A DNA stretch of 64,000 bases from Anaeromyxobacteraceae bacterium (GTDB lineage: Bacteria; Myxococcota; Myxococcia; Myxococcales; Anaeromyxobacteraceae). A model generated the notes under the pieces. It ran no database searches. It was not told the DNA's origin and was given only the letters and a program-made list of their open reading frames with translations. The DNA lies in NCBI GenBank assembly GCA_047602405.1, contig JASGHJ010000001.1, positions 1,312,001-1,376,000 on the forward strand. Direction: 5' to 3'. Of this stretch, positions 52,490-62,235 are shown piece by piece. The translations under genes and the position numbers were made by a program. Position 1 is the first letter of the stretch. Each line of letters starts with the position of its first letter.

Positions 52490-53131
52490 GTGGACGCCGC
52501 CCGGGTGCACGCGTGGATCGGGGCCGTCGTGGCCGCGACGGGGCCGTGGGCGCCGCTCCTCCTCTTCGGCGCGGCGCTCGTCGAGTACGTCTTCCCCCCC
52601 TTCCCGGGCGACCTCGTCGTGGTCTTCGGCGCCTGGTACGCGGTCCACGGCGAGCTCTCCTGGCCGGTCACCTTCGTCGCGGTCACGCTCGGCGCGGTGG
52701 CGGGCGCGGCGCTCGACCACCGGCTCGGCATGCTGCTCGGCCGCGGGCTCGAGGGGCCCTGGGCGCACCGGCTCGGCATCTCGACCGAGAAGGTCGCGCG
52801 CTTCGAGGCCGCCTACCGCCGCTGGGGCGTGTGGCTCCTGCTCGCGAACCGCTTCATGCCGGGCATCCGCGGCTTCCTCTTCCTCGCGGCGGGCGCGGCG
52901 CGCATCCCGCTCCGCACCGTGGTCCTCTACGGCGGCATCTCCGCGGCCATCTGGAACGCCGGCCTCCTCGCCGCGGGCGCGTTCCTCGCGAAGAACGCCG
53001 ACGAGCTCGTCGAGCTCTTCCGCCGCTACACCGAGACCGCGACGGCGGTGCTCGCCGCCGTCGCGCTCGCGGCGGTGGCGGCCTGGCTGTGGCGGCGCCG
53101 CCGGGCGCGGCAAGTGGCGGGGCGGCCGTGA
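52490..53131 (+). CDS. DedA-family membrane protein
   Basis: EYVFPPFPGD, LGAVAGA and RFMPGIR. Confidence 0.9.
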   Translation: MDAARVHAWIGAVVAATGPWAPLLLFGAALVEYVFPPFPGDLVVVFGAWYAVHGELSWPVTFVAVTLGAVAGAALDHRLGMLLGRGLEGPWAHRLGISTEKVARFEAAYRRWGVWLLLANRFMPGIRGFLFLAAGAARIPLRTVVLYGGISAAIWNAGLLAAGAFLAKNADELVELFRRYTETATAVLAAVALAAVAAWLWRRRRARQVAGRP

Positions 53132-54076
53132 CCGGCCTCGCCTCGCTCGGCCTGGGGCTCCTGCTCGGCATGGGGGCGGCTCCCGCCCTCGAGGTCGCGG
53201 CGCCCTTTCCGGCGGCCTTGCCTTCGGGTCGGGCGAGCTACCGGATGGAGCTCGCGGGCGTGCACGTGGGGGCGGCGGTGCTCGTGCTCACGTGCGCGGG
53301 GGCGGAGTGCAGCGCCACCTGGACCGTGGACCTCGTCCTGCCCGACGAGGCCGGCGGCGAGCGCACGCACCGCGAGGATCGGGTGGGCGTCGACCGCGCC
53401 GGCCGGGCGCCGGACGGCGCCGTGCCGGCGATGATCGCGCCGGTCCTGCTGGGCAACTCCGAGACGGTGTTCGGCTGCGTCGACGCGCGTGACGAGCGCA
53501 CCCACGAGCGTGGAAAGGCGTGCCGGGAAGCCGTGGGGAAGCTGACCGTGATGGGCGTCGCCATGGAGGACGTGCCCGGCGCGGATGGCCTCCCCGACGA
53601 GGTGCGGATCCCGGGGCAACGGATGCGCTACGTCCGCACCCCGGACGCCGCTCCGCCCGCCGCGCCGCCGCGCCTCTTCGGCACGAAGGTCTCCGGCCCC
53701 GCGGGCGCGCGGCGCTTCTGCGGCGTCGCGCTCGACGCGACCTCGCCGCCGAGGCGGCCGGCGGGCCTCCCGCCTCCGCGCGGCGAGGGCCCGAGCTGTC
53801 GCGCGATCACCGTCGACTGGCTGGCCCGCGCGGAGCGGGCGGGCCACCGCGGCCGGGTGGCGGTGGGCGTCGTGCGCATGGGTGACGGCTGGGCGTGGCA
53901 CGCGTGGGCGGAGGTCCAGGCGGGTTCACGCTGGGTGCCCATCGAATCCGACCTTCGGCGAGTCGCCGGCGGCCTCGCCCCGCTTCACGGTCGCGCGCTG
54001 GACGCCCGGCGACGAGGCGAGCCGGCGCCGCGCGGGAGAGCGCGTGCTCGCCTGCTGGGGCACCGCCGCCGAGTAA
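53128..54076 (+). CDS. exported transglutaminase-like (Cys-His-Asp) protein; apparent frameshift at 53944-53948
   Basis: GPSCRAIT and WHAWAEV; WVPIDPTFG is restored when GAATC is read as GATC. Confidence 0.75.
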
Positions 54077-54140
54077 CGGGAATCGCAGGGGACGCGGCCC
54101 CCGCGTTCGAGCCGCACCTCACCGTGCGCATCTTGCCGGG

Positions 54141-54623
54141 ATGGAGCTCTTGCCCATCTACGTCGAGGACCACCTCGCCCTCGCCCTGGGCGGCCTGCGC
54201 CTCGCGCGCCGCTGCCGCGACGAGAACCGCGGCACCTCGCTCGCCGCCGTCCTCGACGACCTGCTGCCCGAGCTCCAGGACGACCAGGCGGCCCTCTCGC
54301 GCGCGCTGCGGGCGCTCGGGGGGCGGCCGAGCCTCGTGAAGGAGCTCGCCATCACCGCCGGGGAGCTCGTCGGGCGCTTCAAGCCCAACGGCAGGCTCCT
54401 CGGGTACTCGCCGCTCTCGCGGGTGTGGGAGCTCGAGGCGCTCGTCGCGGGCTCGTCCTCGCGGCGCGCGGCGTTCACGGTGCTCGCGCGCGCGGAGGGG
54501 CTGGATCCGCGGCTCGCCGGCTCGGGCTTCGACGCGCGCGCGGTCCGCGCCGGCGTCCACGCCGACACGCTGGAGCGGGCGCGGCTGCGCGCGGCGGCGG
54601 AGGTGCTGTCGGGCTCCGGGTGA
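54141..54623 (+). CDS. hypothetical helical protein
   Basis: MELLPIYVEDHLA..GRFKPNGRLLGYSPLSRVWELEAL, with GC3-rich codon usage. Confidence 0.7.
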   Translation: MELLPIYVEDHLALALGGLRLARRCRDENRGTSLAAVLDDLLPELQDDQAALSRALRALGGRPSLVKELAITAGELVGRFKPNGRLLGYSPLSRVWELEALVAGSSSRRAAFTVLARAEGLDPRLAGSGFDARAVRAGVHADTLERARLRAAAEVLSGSG

Positions 54624-54672
54624 TGGCGCGGGGCCGACCGCGAGGGCCGCGCCTCGCCGGCGGCCCGCTCGG

Positions 54673-55842
54673 CTACCGCGCCCGCCCCGCCAGGAACCGC
54701 AGGAACGCCGCGGCCTTGGGTGCGAGCGAGGCGAGGTCGACCTCCTCCCCGGGCGTGTGGAAGCCCTTGCCGCGCGGGCCGAGCCCGTCGATCGACGGGA
54801 TCCCGAGCGCGCCGGTCGTGCACGCGTCGGAGCCGCCGCCGACCTTCGGCGCCTCGCCGTCGCCGAGCCCGGCCGCACGCTGGCAGGCGCCGTACTCGGC
54901 CGCGAGGGCGGCGGAGGCGGCGGTGCGCTCGAGCGGGTCGCGCCAGGCGATGGGCGAGAGCGCGACCGAGGTGCCCTCCACGGCCGATTCGCCGCAGAGG
55001 CCGTCGAGCGCGGCGCGCAGCGCCTGGCCATCGGCGACGGTCTCGAAGCGGAGGTCCACCTCGCAGCGCGCGTCGGCGGGGACGGTGTTCTTCGTGGTGC
55101 CGCCCTGGATCGTCCCGACGTTCACGGTGAGGCCGCGGTCGTAGCGGGTGAGCCCCTGGGCGCGGTCGACGAACCGGGCGATCGACCAGATCGCGTTCTT
55201 GCCGTCTTGGTGTGCGTTGCCCGCGTGCGCCGCGACGCCCCTCGCGGCGGCGCGCGCGGAGGCGACGCCCTTCCTCGCCGTGACGATCTGGTCCCCGGTC
55301 CGGCCCGACTCGAACCCGAGCGCCGCCGCGGCGCCGCGCGCCCGCTCGACCATGAGCGGCTGCGACTCCGGCGAGCCGACCTCCTCGTCGGAGACCAGCA
55401 TGCCCCGCACCGGCACCCGGTCGAGCAGGCCCGCGCGACGCGCGGCGAGGAGGCCGTACAGCATCACGACCACGCCCCCCTTCATGTCGAACGTGCCCGG
55501 GCCGCGCGCGCGATCGCCGCTGCGCTCCCAGACCTCGCTCTCACCCGACGAGAACGTCCCCGGGGGGAAGACCGTGTCCGTGTGGCCGATGAGGAAGACG
55601 GGCGCGCCCTCGGCAGGGCCGGCGAACGCGAGGTGCGGGCCGAACTTCACGCCCGGGAGCCGCTCGACGGCGAGCCCGGCCTGCTCGAGCACCGGGACGA
55701 CGAGGTCCACCACCGCCGCGACGCCGGCCGGGTTCTTCGTGAACGAGTTCTGCCGGACGAGCGCCTCGAGCAGCCGCTCCATCGCCGGCCGCTCGGCCTC
55801 GAGCCAGCGGAGCGCGTCTTCCACGGGGCCGGGCGCGTTCAT
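54673..55842 (-). CDS. M20-family metallopeptidase (carboxypeptidase G2/ArgE-like)
   Basis: GHTDTVF, GPGTFDMKGG, DEEVGS, AHAG, GGGSD and HTPGE. Confidence 0.9.
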   Translation of the reverse strand: MNAPGPVEDALRWLEAERPAMERLLEALVRQNSFTKNPAGVAAVVDLVVPVLEQAGLAVERLPGVKFGPHLAFAGPAEGAPVFLIGHTDTVFPPGTFSSGESEVWERSGDRARGPGTFDMKGGVVVMLYGLLAARRAGLLDRVPVRGMLVSDEEVGSPESQPLMVERARGAAAALGFESGRTGDQIVTARKGVASARAAARGVAAHAGNAHQDGKNAIWSIARFVDRAQGLTRYDRGLTVNVGTIQGGTTKNTVPADARCEVDLRFETVADGQALRAALDGLCGESAVEGTSVALSPIAWRDPLERTAASAALAAEYGACQRAAGLGDGEAPKVGGGSDACTTGALGIPSIDGLGPRGKGFHTPGEEVDLASLAPKAAAFLRFLAGRAR

Positions 55843-55867
55843 CCGGGCCCTGGTATAAGGGGCGCGC

Positions 55868-56938
55868 ATGGCCACCGGCAAGCGCTTCAAGGCCGCGGTG
55901 ATCGGCGGGTCGGGCTACGGCGGCGCCGAGATGATCCGGCGCCTCCTCGTGCACCCCGACGTCGAGCTCGTCCGCGTCGCCTCCGTCGACTTCGTGGGCG
56001 AGCCGCTCTCCGCGGCGGACCCGGCCCTCGAGGGCCAGACTGACCTCGTCTTCGAGGGCATCCCTCCCGCGGAGGCCGCGAGGGACGTCGACGTCGTCCT
56101 CCTCGGGCTCCCGCACACCGTCGCCGCCTCCAAGATCCCGGAGATCGCGACGACGACCTCCGCGAAGATCGTCGACATGAGCGGCGACTTCCGCCTGAAG
56201 GACGTCGCCTCCTACGAGCGCTGGTACAAGCACGCGCACCCGTGCCCGGAGCGCCTGAAGGACTTCGTCTACGGCCTGCCCGAGCTCAACCGCGAGCGGA
56301 TCCGCGGCGCGCGCTTCGTCGCCTCGCCGGGCTGCTTCGCGACCACCATCGAGCTCGCGCTCCTGCCCCTCGCGAAGGCCGGGCTCCTCGACGGCCAGGT
56401 CGTGCACGTGCAGGGCATCACCGGCTCCTCGGGCTCCGGCGTCGCGCCCTCCGCGGGCACGCACCACCCGGTGCGCGCGAACAACCTGAAGACCTACAAG
56501 CCGCTCGAGCACCAGCACGTGCCGGAGATCCTCGAGACCCTCGTCGCCGCGGGCGGTGGCAGGGCGCCCGGCCTGCGCTTCGTGCCGGTCTCGGCGCCCC
56601 TCGGCCGCGGGATCTTCGCGACGGCGTTCGTCGAGCTGCCCGAGGCGTGGACGCAGGAGCGGCTCGAGAAGCTCTACCGCGACGCCTACGCGGGCGAGCC
56701 CTTCGCGCGCGTGCCGAGGAAGCGCCTCCCCGAGGTCGCGGCGGTCTCCGGCTCCAACTTCGCCGAGGTCGGCGTCGTCGCCGGCCAGGCGGTGGACGGC
56801 CGGCGCACGGTCACGCTCTTCGGCGCGACCGACAACCTCGTGAAGGGCGGCGCGGGCCAGGCCATCCAGAACATGAACCTCGTGCTCGGCCTCGACGAGC
56901 GGGCCTCGCTCGCCGACCCGGGGCCGTGGCCGCCGTAG
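55868..56938 (+). CDS. argC: N-acetyl-gamma-glutamyl-phosphate reductase
   Basis: GGSGYGG, DMSGDFRL, YGLPE, ASPGCFAT and DNLVKGGAGQAIQNMN. Confidence 0.95.
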   Translation: MATGKRFKAAVIGGSGYGGAEMIRRLLVHPDVELVRVASVDFVGEPLSAADPALEGQTDLVFEGIPPAEAARDVDVVLLGLPHTVAASKIPEIATTTSAKIVDMSGDFRLKDVASYERWYKHAHPCPERLKDFVYGLPELNRERIRGARFVASPGCFATTIELALLPLAKAGLLDGQVVHVQGITGSSGSGVAPSAGTHHPVRANNLKTYKPLEHQHVPEILETLVAAGGGRAPGLRFVPVSAPLGRGIFATAFVELPEAWTQERLEKLYRDAYAGEPFARVPRKRLPEVAAVSGSNFAEVGVVAGQAVDGRRTVTLFGATDNLVKGGAGQAIQNMNLVLGLDERASLADPGPWPP

Positions 56939-56969
56939 CCCGGCAACGCAGCAGCCGCAGGGAGACGAG

Positions 56970-57784
56970 ATGAAGACCATCGTGGTGAAGCTCGGCGGCG
57001 AGATCGTCCGCTCGCCGGAGCTCGACCTCATCGCCCGGGACCTCGGCACGCTCGCGGCCGGCTTCCACAAGGTGTCGGTCGTGCACGGCGGCGGCCCGCA
57101 GGTCACCGAGATGCAGGCCCGCCTCGGCCTCGAGACCCGCATGATCGCCGGGCGCCGCTTCACCGACCCGGCCACGCTCGAGGTGCTCGAGGCGGTCGTC
57201 GCCGGGCAGCTCAACGTCACCCTGTGCGCGCGCCTGCTCGCGAACGGCGTCATGGGCGTCGGGCTGCACGGCGCCTCCGGCCACGTCATCCAGGCGCGCC
57301 GCCGGCCGCCGAAGGTGATGCAGGGCGCGGGTCCGGACCCGGTGGACCTCGGCCTCGTCGGCGACGTGGTCGGCTTCAACCTGCCGCTCCTCGGCGACCT
57401 CTTCGAGCGCCGCTACGTGCCGGTGCTCGCCTGCGTCGGCTGCGACGCCGGCGGCCAGGTGCTCAACATCAACGGCGACACCGTCGCGAGCCAGCTCGCC
57501 GCGGCGCTCCGGGCCGACGCGCTCGTGCTCGTCACCTCCACCCCGGGCGTGCTCCGCGACGTGAAGGATCCCGCGAGCCGGATCCGCGCATCACGCGGCC
57601 CGAGTTCGAGCGCATGGTCGCGGACGGCACGATCTCGGGCGGCATGATCCCGAAGCTCGAGGAGTCGTTCGGCGTGATCGACCAGGGCGTCCGCTCGGTG
57701 GTCGTCGTCGGCAAGCTCTCCGCCGGCGACCTCGCGCGGGCCGTGCTCGACCCGGGCAGCGCGGGCACCGTGCTCGTGGCGTGA
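56970..57784 (+). CDS. argB: acetylglutamate kinase; apparent -1 frameshift near 57585
   Basis: VVKLGG, VHGGGPQ, RFTD, DLGLVG and NINGDTVA, then ISGGMIPKL..GT in the other frame. Confidence 0.92.
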
Positions 57785-57838
57785 GGCCGTCCCCGGCAGC
57801 CTGGGCGGCGAGGCCGCGCCTCCTCTACCCGTGGTAAC

Positions 57839-60800
57839 ATGGTCGACCCGGTGACGGTCGGTCCGCGCCAGCTCCTCGGAGGTCTCCTCCTCGTCCTGCC
57901 GCTCGCGGCGGCGGCGACGGCGCCGCTCGCCTTCGAGCGGGTGGGCGTCGGCGACGGCCTGCCGAGCGAGACCGCGACCGCGGTGCTGCGCGATCGCGAC
58001 GGCTTCGTCTGGGTGGGCACGCGCGACGGCCTCGCGCTCTACGACGGCTACGGGATGCGCGTGTTCCAGCACGACGCCGACGACCCGGAGTCGCTGCCGA
58101 ACAACGGCATCCGCGCGCTGCACGAGGACGCGGCGGGCCGCCTGTGGATCGCGACGAACGGCGGCGGGCTCGCGCTGCTCCACCGGGGCACCTGGCGCTT
58201 CCGCACCTTCCGCCACGACGACGCGCACCCCGACAGCCTCGGGAACGACACCGTCTACGCCATCGAGCCCGCCCGCGACGGGCGGCTCTGGGTGGGCACG
58301 CACGCGGGGCTGGATCGCCTCGACCCGGAGGCCGGGACCTTCGAGCACGTGCTGCGCGGCGACGGGCCCGCCCCGCGCTTCGGGCAGGTGATGGTGGTGA
58401 CCGAGGATCCCGGCGGCCGGCTGTGGGTCGGCTCGTACGGGAGCGGCCTCGCCGTCCGCGACGCCGCCGGCGCCTGGACCTTCCACCGCCACGAGCCGGG
58501 CCGGCGCGACTCGCTCGCCGGCGACGACGTCTTCGCGATCGCGCTCGACGGGGCCGGCCGCGCGTGGCTCGGCACGCACGACGGGCTCGACCGCTGGGAG
58601 GGTCACCCCGGCAGCTTCGTGCACGTCGACCTCGCCCCCACCGGGCCGCCGAAGGTGCTCGTCACGACCCTCGTGTTCGGCGAGGGCGGGGAGCTGTGGG
58701 TGGGCACCATGGGGCGGGGGCTCATCGAACTCGGCCCGGGCGGCGCAGGTCCGGCCGTCGCCCACCGGCCGAGCGCCGCGTCCGCCACCGCGCTCCCGAG
58801 CGACCAGGTGGTGGGGCTCGCGCTCGACGGCCCCGAGCTGTGGGTCGCGACCTACGGCGGCGGCCTCGCCCACGCGCGGACGGGTCGCGCGCTGCCGCTC
58901 GCGCCGGCGCGGCCGGCTCCGGCACCGGGAAGGAGCGGCGCGGACCCCGCGCAGGACGACCTGCTCTCCGTCGTCGAGGGGCCCGACGGGACCGTCTGGG
59001 CGGCGAGCTTCGGCGGCGGCCTCCTCGAGTACGCGCCGGGCAAGGGCCCCGTGCGCCACCTCCAGGAGCGCGGCAAGGGCTCGGGGATGCTCCACGTGCG
59101 GGCCGGCGGGAAGGGGCGGCTGTGGATCGGGGCGCAGGACCGGCTGTGGCGCTACGAGCCCGCGACCCGGAGGGCGGAGGAGCTGCGCAACGATCCGGCC
59201 GACCCCGCGTCGATCCCCGCGGGCTACGTCACGGTCACGCTGTCGGACCGCGCCGGGCGCAAGTGGGTGGGCACCGGCGGCGGCGGGCTCGTCCGGCTCG
59301 ACGGCGACGCCCACCGCAAGGTCGTGGCCCGCTTCGCCCCGGACGTGCCGCCGCCCGCGCGGCTCGCCGACGGCTACGTCACCGCGCTCCTCGAGGACGC
59401 CCGCGGCACGATTCTGGGTCGGCACGCGCCAGGGGCTCCACGCGCTCGACCCGGAGAAGGGCACCGTGACCGCGGTGCCGGTGGGGCGCGACCGGCGGCG
59501 CTCGCTCGCGAGCGGCGCGGTGAACTGCCTCTTCGCCGACGCGCACGGCGGCCTGTGGGTGGGCACCGGGGCCGGCCTCGTGCGGATGGACGCGTCGAGC
59601 GGCCCCGCCGACGTCCGCGTCGAGCACTTCACCTCGCGGGAGGGGCTCGTCGACGACGACGTCACCGCGGTGGTGGAGGACGACGACGGCTCGCTCTGGG
59701 TGGCGACCCGCTCCGGCCTCTCCCGGTTCGACCCGGCGACCGTGACCTTCGTGAGCTTCGACGCGGCCGACGTCCTCGGCTCGATCGAGTTCAACCCGAG
59801 CGCGGCCGCGCGCGGCCGCACGAACCTGATCTTCGGCACCCGCCGCGGGCTCCTCGAGATCCCGCGCGGCACCGCGTTCCCGCGGCGCAACCCCTCGCGC
59901 GTCGCGCTCACCTCGATCCGCACCGCCGACGGCGAGGTGGCCGTCCCGGTGCCCGTCTGGCGGCTCGGCGCGCTCTCGGTCCCCTACGGCCGCTGGCTCT
60001 CGGTCGAGATGGCGGTGCTCGACTACCGCGCCAGCCACCGCCACCGGTACGCCTACCGGCTCCGCGACGGCGACCCGTGGGTGGAGCTCGGCGCGCGGCG
60101 CGAGGTCACCTTCGCCGGGCTCGCGCCGGGCAGCTACCGCCTCTCGGTGCGCGCGCGCGACGCGCGCGGCGCCTTCAGCGTCGCCGAGCCTTCCCTCGCC
60201 CTCACGGTCGTCCCGCCGTACTGGATGACCTGGCCGTTCCGGCTCGCCGTGCTCGTGGCGCTCGTGGCGCTCGCGTCCTCGATCCACCTCGGGCGCCTGC
60301 GCGGGCTCTCCCGGCGCAACGCGGCGCTCGAGGCGGTGCGCGAGGAGCGCGAGGCGGCCTACGAGCGCCTGCGCCAGCTCACCATCCACCTCGAGGCGGT
60401 GCGCGAGGACGAGCGGCGCTGGATCGCCCGCGAGCTGCACGACGAGATGGGGCAGGAGCTCACCGCGGCGAAGATCAACCTGCAGCTCCTCGGGCGCACC
60501 CCGCAGCCGGCCCTCCCGGCCGCGTTCGCGGCCCAGGGCGCGGGGGCCCCCTCCACGCCCCAGGGCGTCGCCGACACGGTGCAGCTCCTCGACCGCCTCA
60601 TCGCCCGGGTGCGGAACCTCTCGCTCGACCTCCGGCCGCCGCTCCTCGACGACCGCGGCCTGAGGCCCGCGCTCGAGGGCTGGCTCGAGGCGGTCGGGAA
60701 GCGATCGGGCATGTCCACCCGGCTCGCGGTGGAGGGTGAGATCGGCAGGCTGGCGCCGGAGATCGAGATCACGGGCTTCCGGGTCGTGCAGGAGGCGGTC

Positions 60801-61082
60801 ACGAACGCGCTCAGGCACGCGCACGCGCGCGGGCTCGAGGTGGCGCTCAGCCGGCGGGACGGGGCGCTCCGCCTCGCCGTCAAGGACGACGGCGCCGGGT
60901 TCGACGTGGAGGACGCCCTCGCGCGCAGCGCGGGCGGGGATCACATCGGGTTGCTCGGCATGAGAGAACGTGTCGAGATGATGGGCGGTGGGCTGGAGAT
61001 CGCGTCGGCCGTGGGCGCTGGCACCGAGGTGCGCGCCTGGCTGCCGCTGGAGGTCGTACGTGAACGTGCTCCTGGCAGATGA
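57839..61082 (+). CDS. sensor histidine kinase: periplasmic beta-propeller (Reg_prop) + Y_Y_Y + TM + HisKA_3/HATPase; apparent frameshift at 59410-59414
   Basis: Repeated ED..G.LWVGT..GL, YAYRL..LAPGSY, PPYWMTW, ERRWIARELHDEMGQ, QEAVTNALRHA, DDGAGFD and GLLGMRER. The start may be GTG 57851. Confidence 0.9.
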
Positions 61083-61698
61083 CCACACCCTCGTGCGGGC
61101 GGGCCTGAAGGCCCTGCTCGAGACCATCGAGGGCGTGACCGTGGTGGGCGACGTCGGCCGCGGCGACGAGGCGCTCGCCGCCATCTCCCAGCACAAGCCG
61201 GACGTCGCCGTGCTCGACCTCTCCATGCCCGGGCTCACCGGCGTCGAGGTCGCCGAGCGCGCCGCGAGGGAGTCCCCGAAGACGCGCGTGCTCATGCTGT
61301 CGATGCACGCCACCGAGACCTACGTCGCCCAGGCGCTGCGCGCCGGCGCCCGCGGCTACCTCGTGAAGGAGGCCGCCGTCTCCGAGCTGCCCCTCGCCCT
61401 CGAGGCCATCTCCCGCGGCGACACGTACCTCTCCCCGGGGATCTCCCGGCCCGCCCTCGACGAGCTGCTCGCCTCGGGCAAGGCCTCGCCGCTCGAGACC
61501 CTGAGTCCGCGCCAGCGCGAGGTGCTCCGCCGGATCGCCGAGGGCCAGGCCACGAAGGAGATCGCCTTCGAGCTCGGACTGTCCGTGAAGACGGTCGAGA
61601 CCCACCGCGCCCAGCTCATGGAGCGCCTGGGAATCCGGGACGTTCCGGGCCTCGTGCGGCTCGCGATCCGGGCGGGGCTCGTCTCCTCCGACCGCTGA
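61060..61698 (+). CDS. NarL/LuxR-family response regulator
   Basis: VLLADDHTLVRAG..LDLSMP..LSMH..GYLVK and LSPRQREVL..KEIAFELGLSVKTVETHR. Confidence 0.95.
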   Translation: MNVLLADDHTLVRAGLKALLETIEGVTVVGDVGRGDEALAAISQHKPDVAVLDLSMPGLTGVEVAERAARESPKTRVLMLSMHATETYVAQALRAGARGYLVKEAAVSELPLALEAISRGDTYLSPGISRPALDELLASGKASPLETLSPRQREVLRRIAEGQATKEIAFELGLSVKTVETHRAQLMERLGIRDVPGLVRLAIRAGLVSSDR

Positions 61699-61800
61699 GC
61701 ACGGCGCCTCCGCACGACCCGCGGGGGTCTCCCCGGGGTCCCCGCGCCCCCAAGGAATTCCCCGAGTGCTCCGCGGCCCGGGCCTGCCCAAGTTGGGCCC

Positions 61801-62235
61801 GTGGACATCCCGCTGCAGGGTCCGAGCGTGGAGCCCGTCGCCCCGGCGACGGCGCCCCGGCGCCGCGTCCGCGTCCTCGTGGCCGACGACCACGCCGACC
61901 TCCGCCGGAGCCTCGCGGCGTGGATCGAGGGTCACCCGCGGCTCGAGCTCGCCGGCCTCGCGGTCGACGGCCACGAGGCGGTCGCGAAGACCGCCTGGCT
62001 CCGGCCGGACCTCGTCATCATGGACGCCTCGATGCCGTTCCTCGACGGCTTCGAGGCCACCCGGCAGGTGAAGCGGCTCGCGGGCGCGCCGCGCGTCGTC
62101 TACGTGTCCCTGCTCGACGACGCGACGTCCGTGGCGGAGGCCGAGGCGGCCGGCGCGGACGCGTTCCTGTGCAAGACCGAGCTCGTCCAGCGGCTCGACG
62201 GGCTGCTCGACGTCTACTTCCCGCCCGCGGCCTGA
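61801..62235 (+). CDS. single-domain response regulator receiver
   Basis: VLVADDH..MDASMPFLDGFEAT..GADAFLCK. Confidence 0.88.
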   Translation: MDIPLQGPSVEPVAPATAPRRRVRVLVADDHADLRRSLAAWIEGHPRLELAGLAVDGHEAVAKTAWLRPDLVIMDASMPFLDGFEATRQVKRLAGAPRVVYVSLLDDATSVAEAEAAGADAFLCKTELVQRLDGLLDVYFPPAA

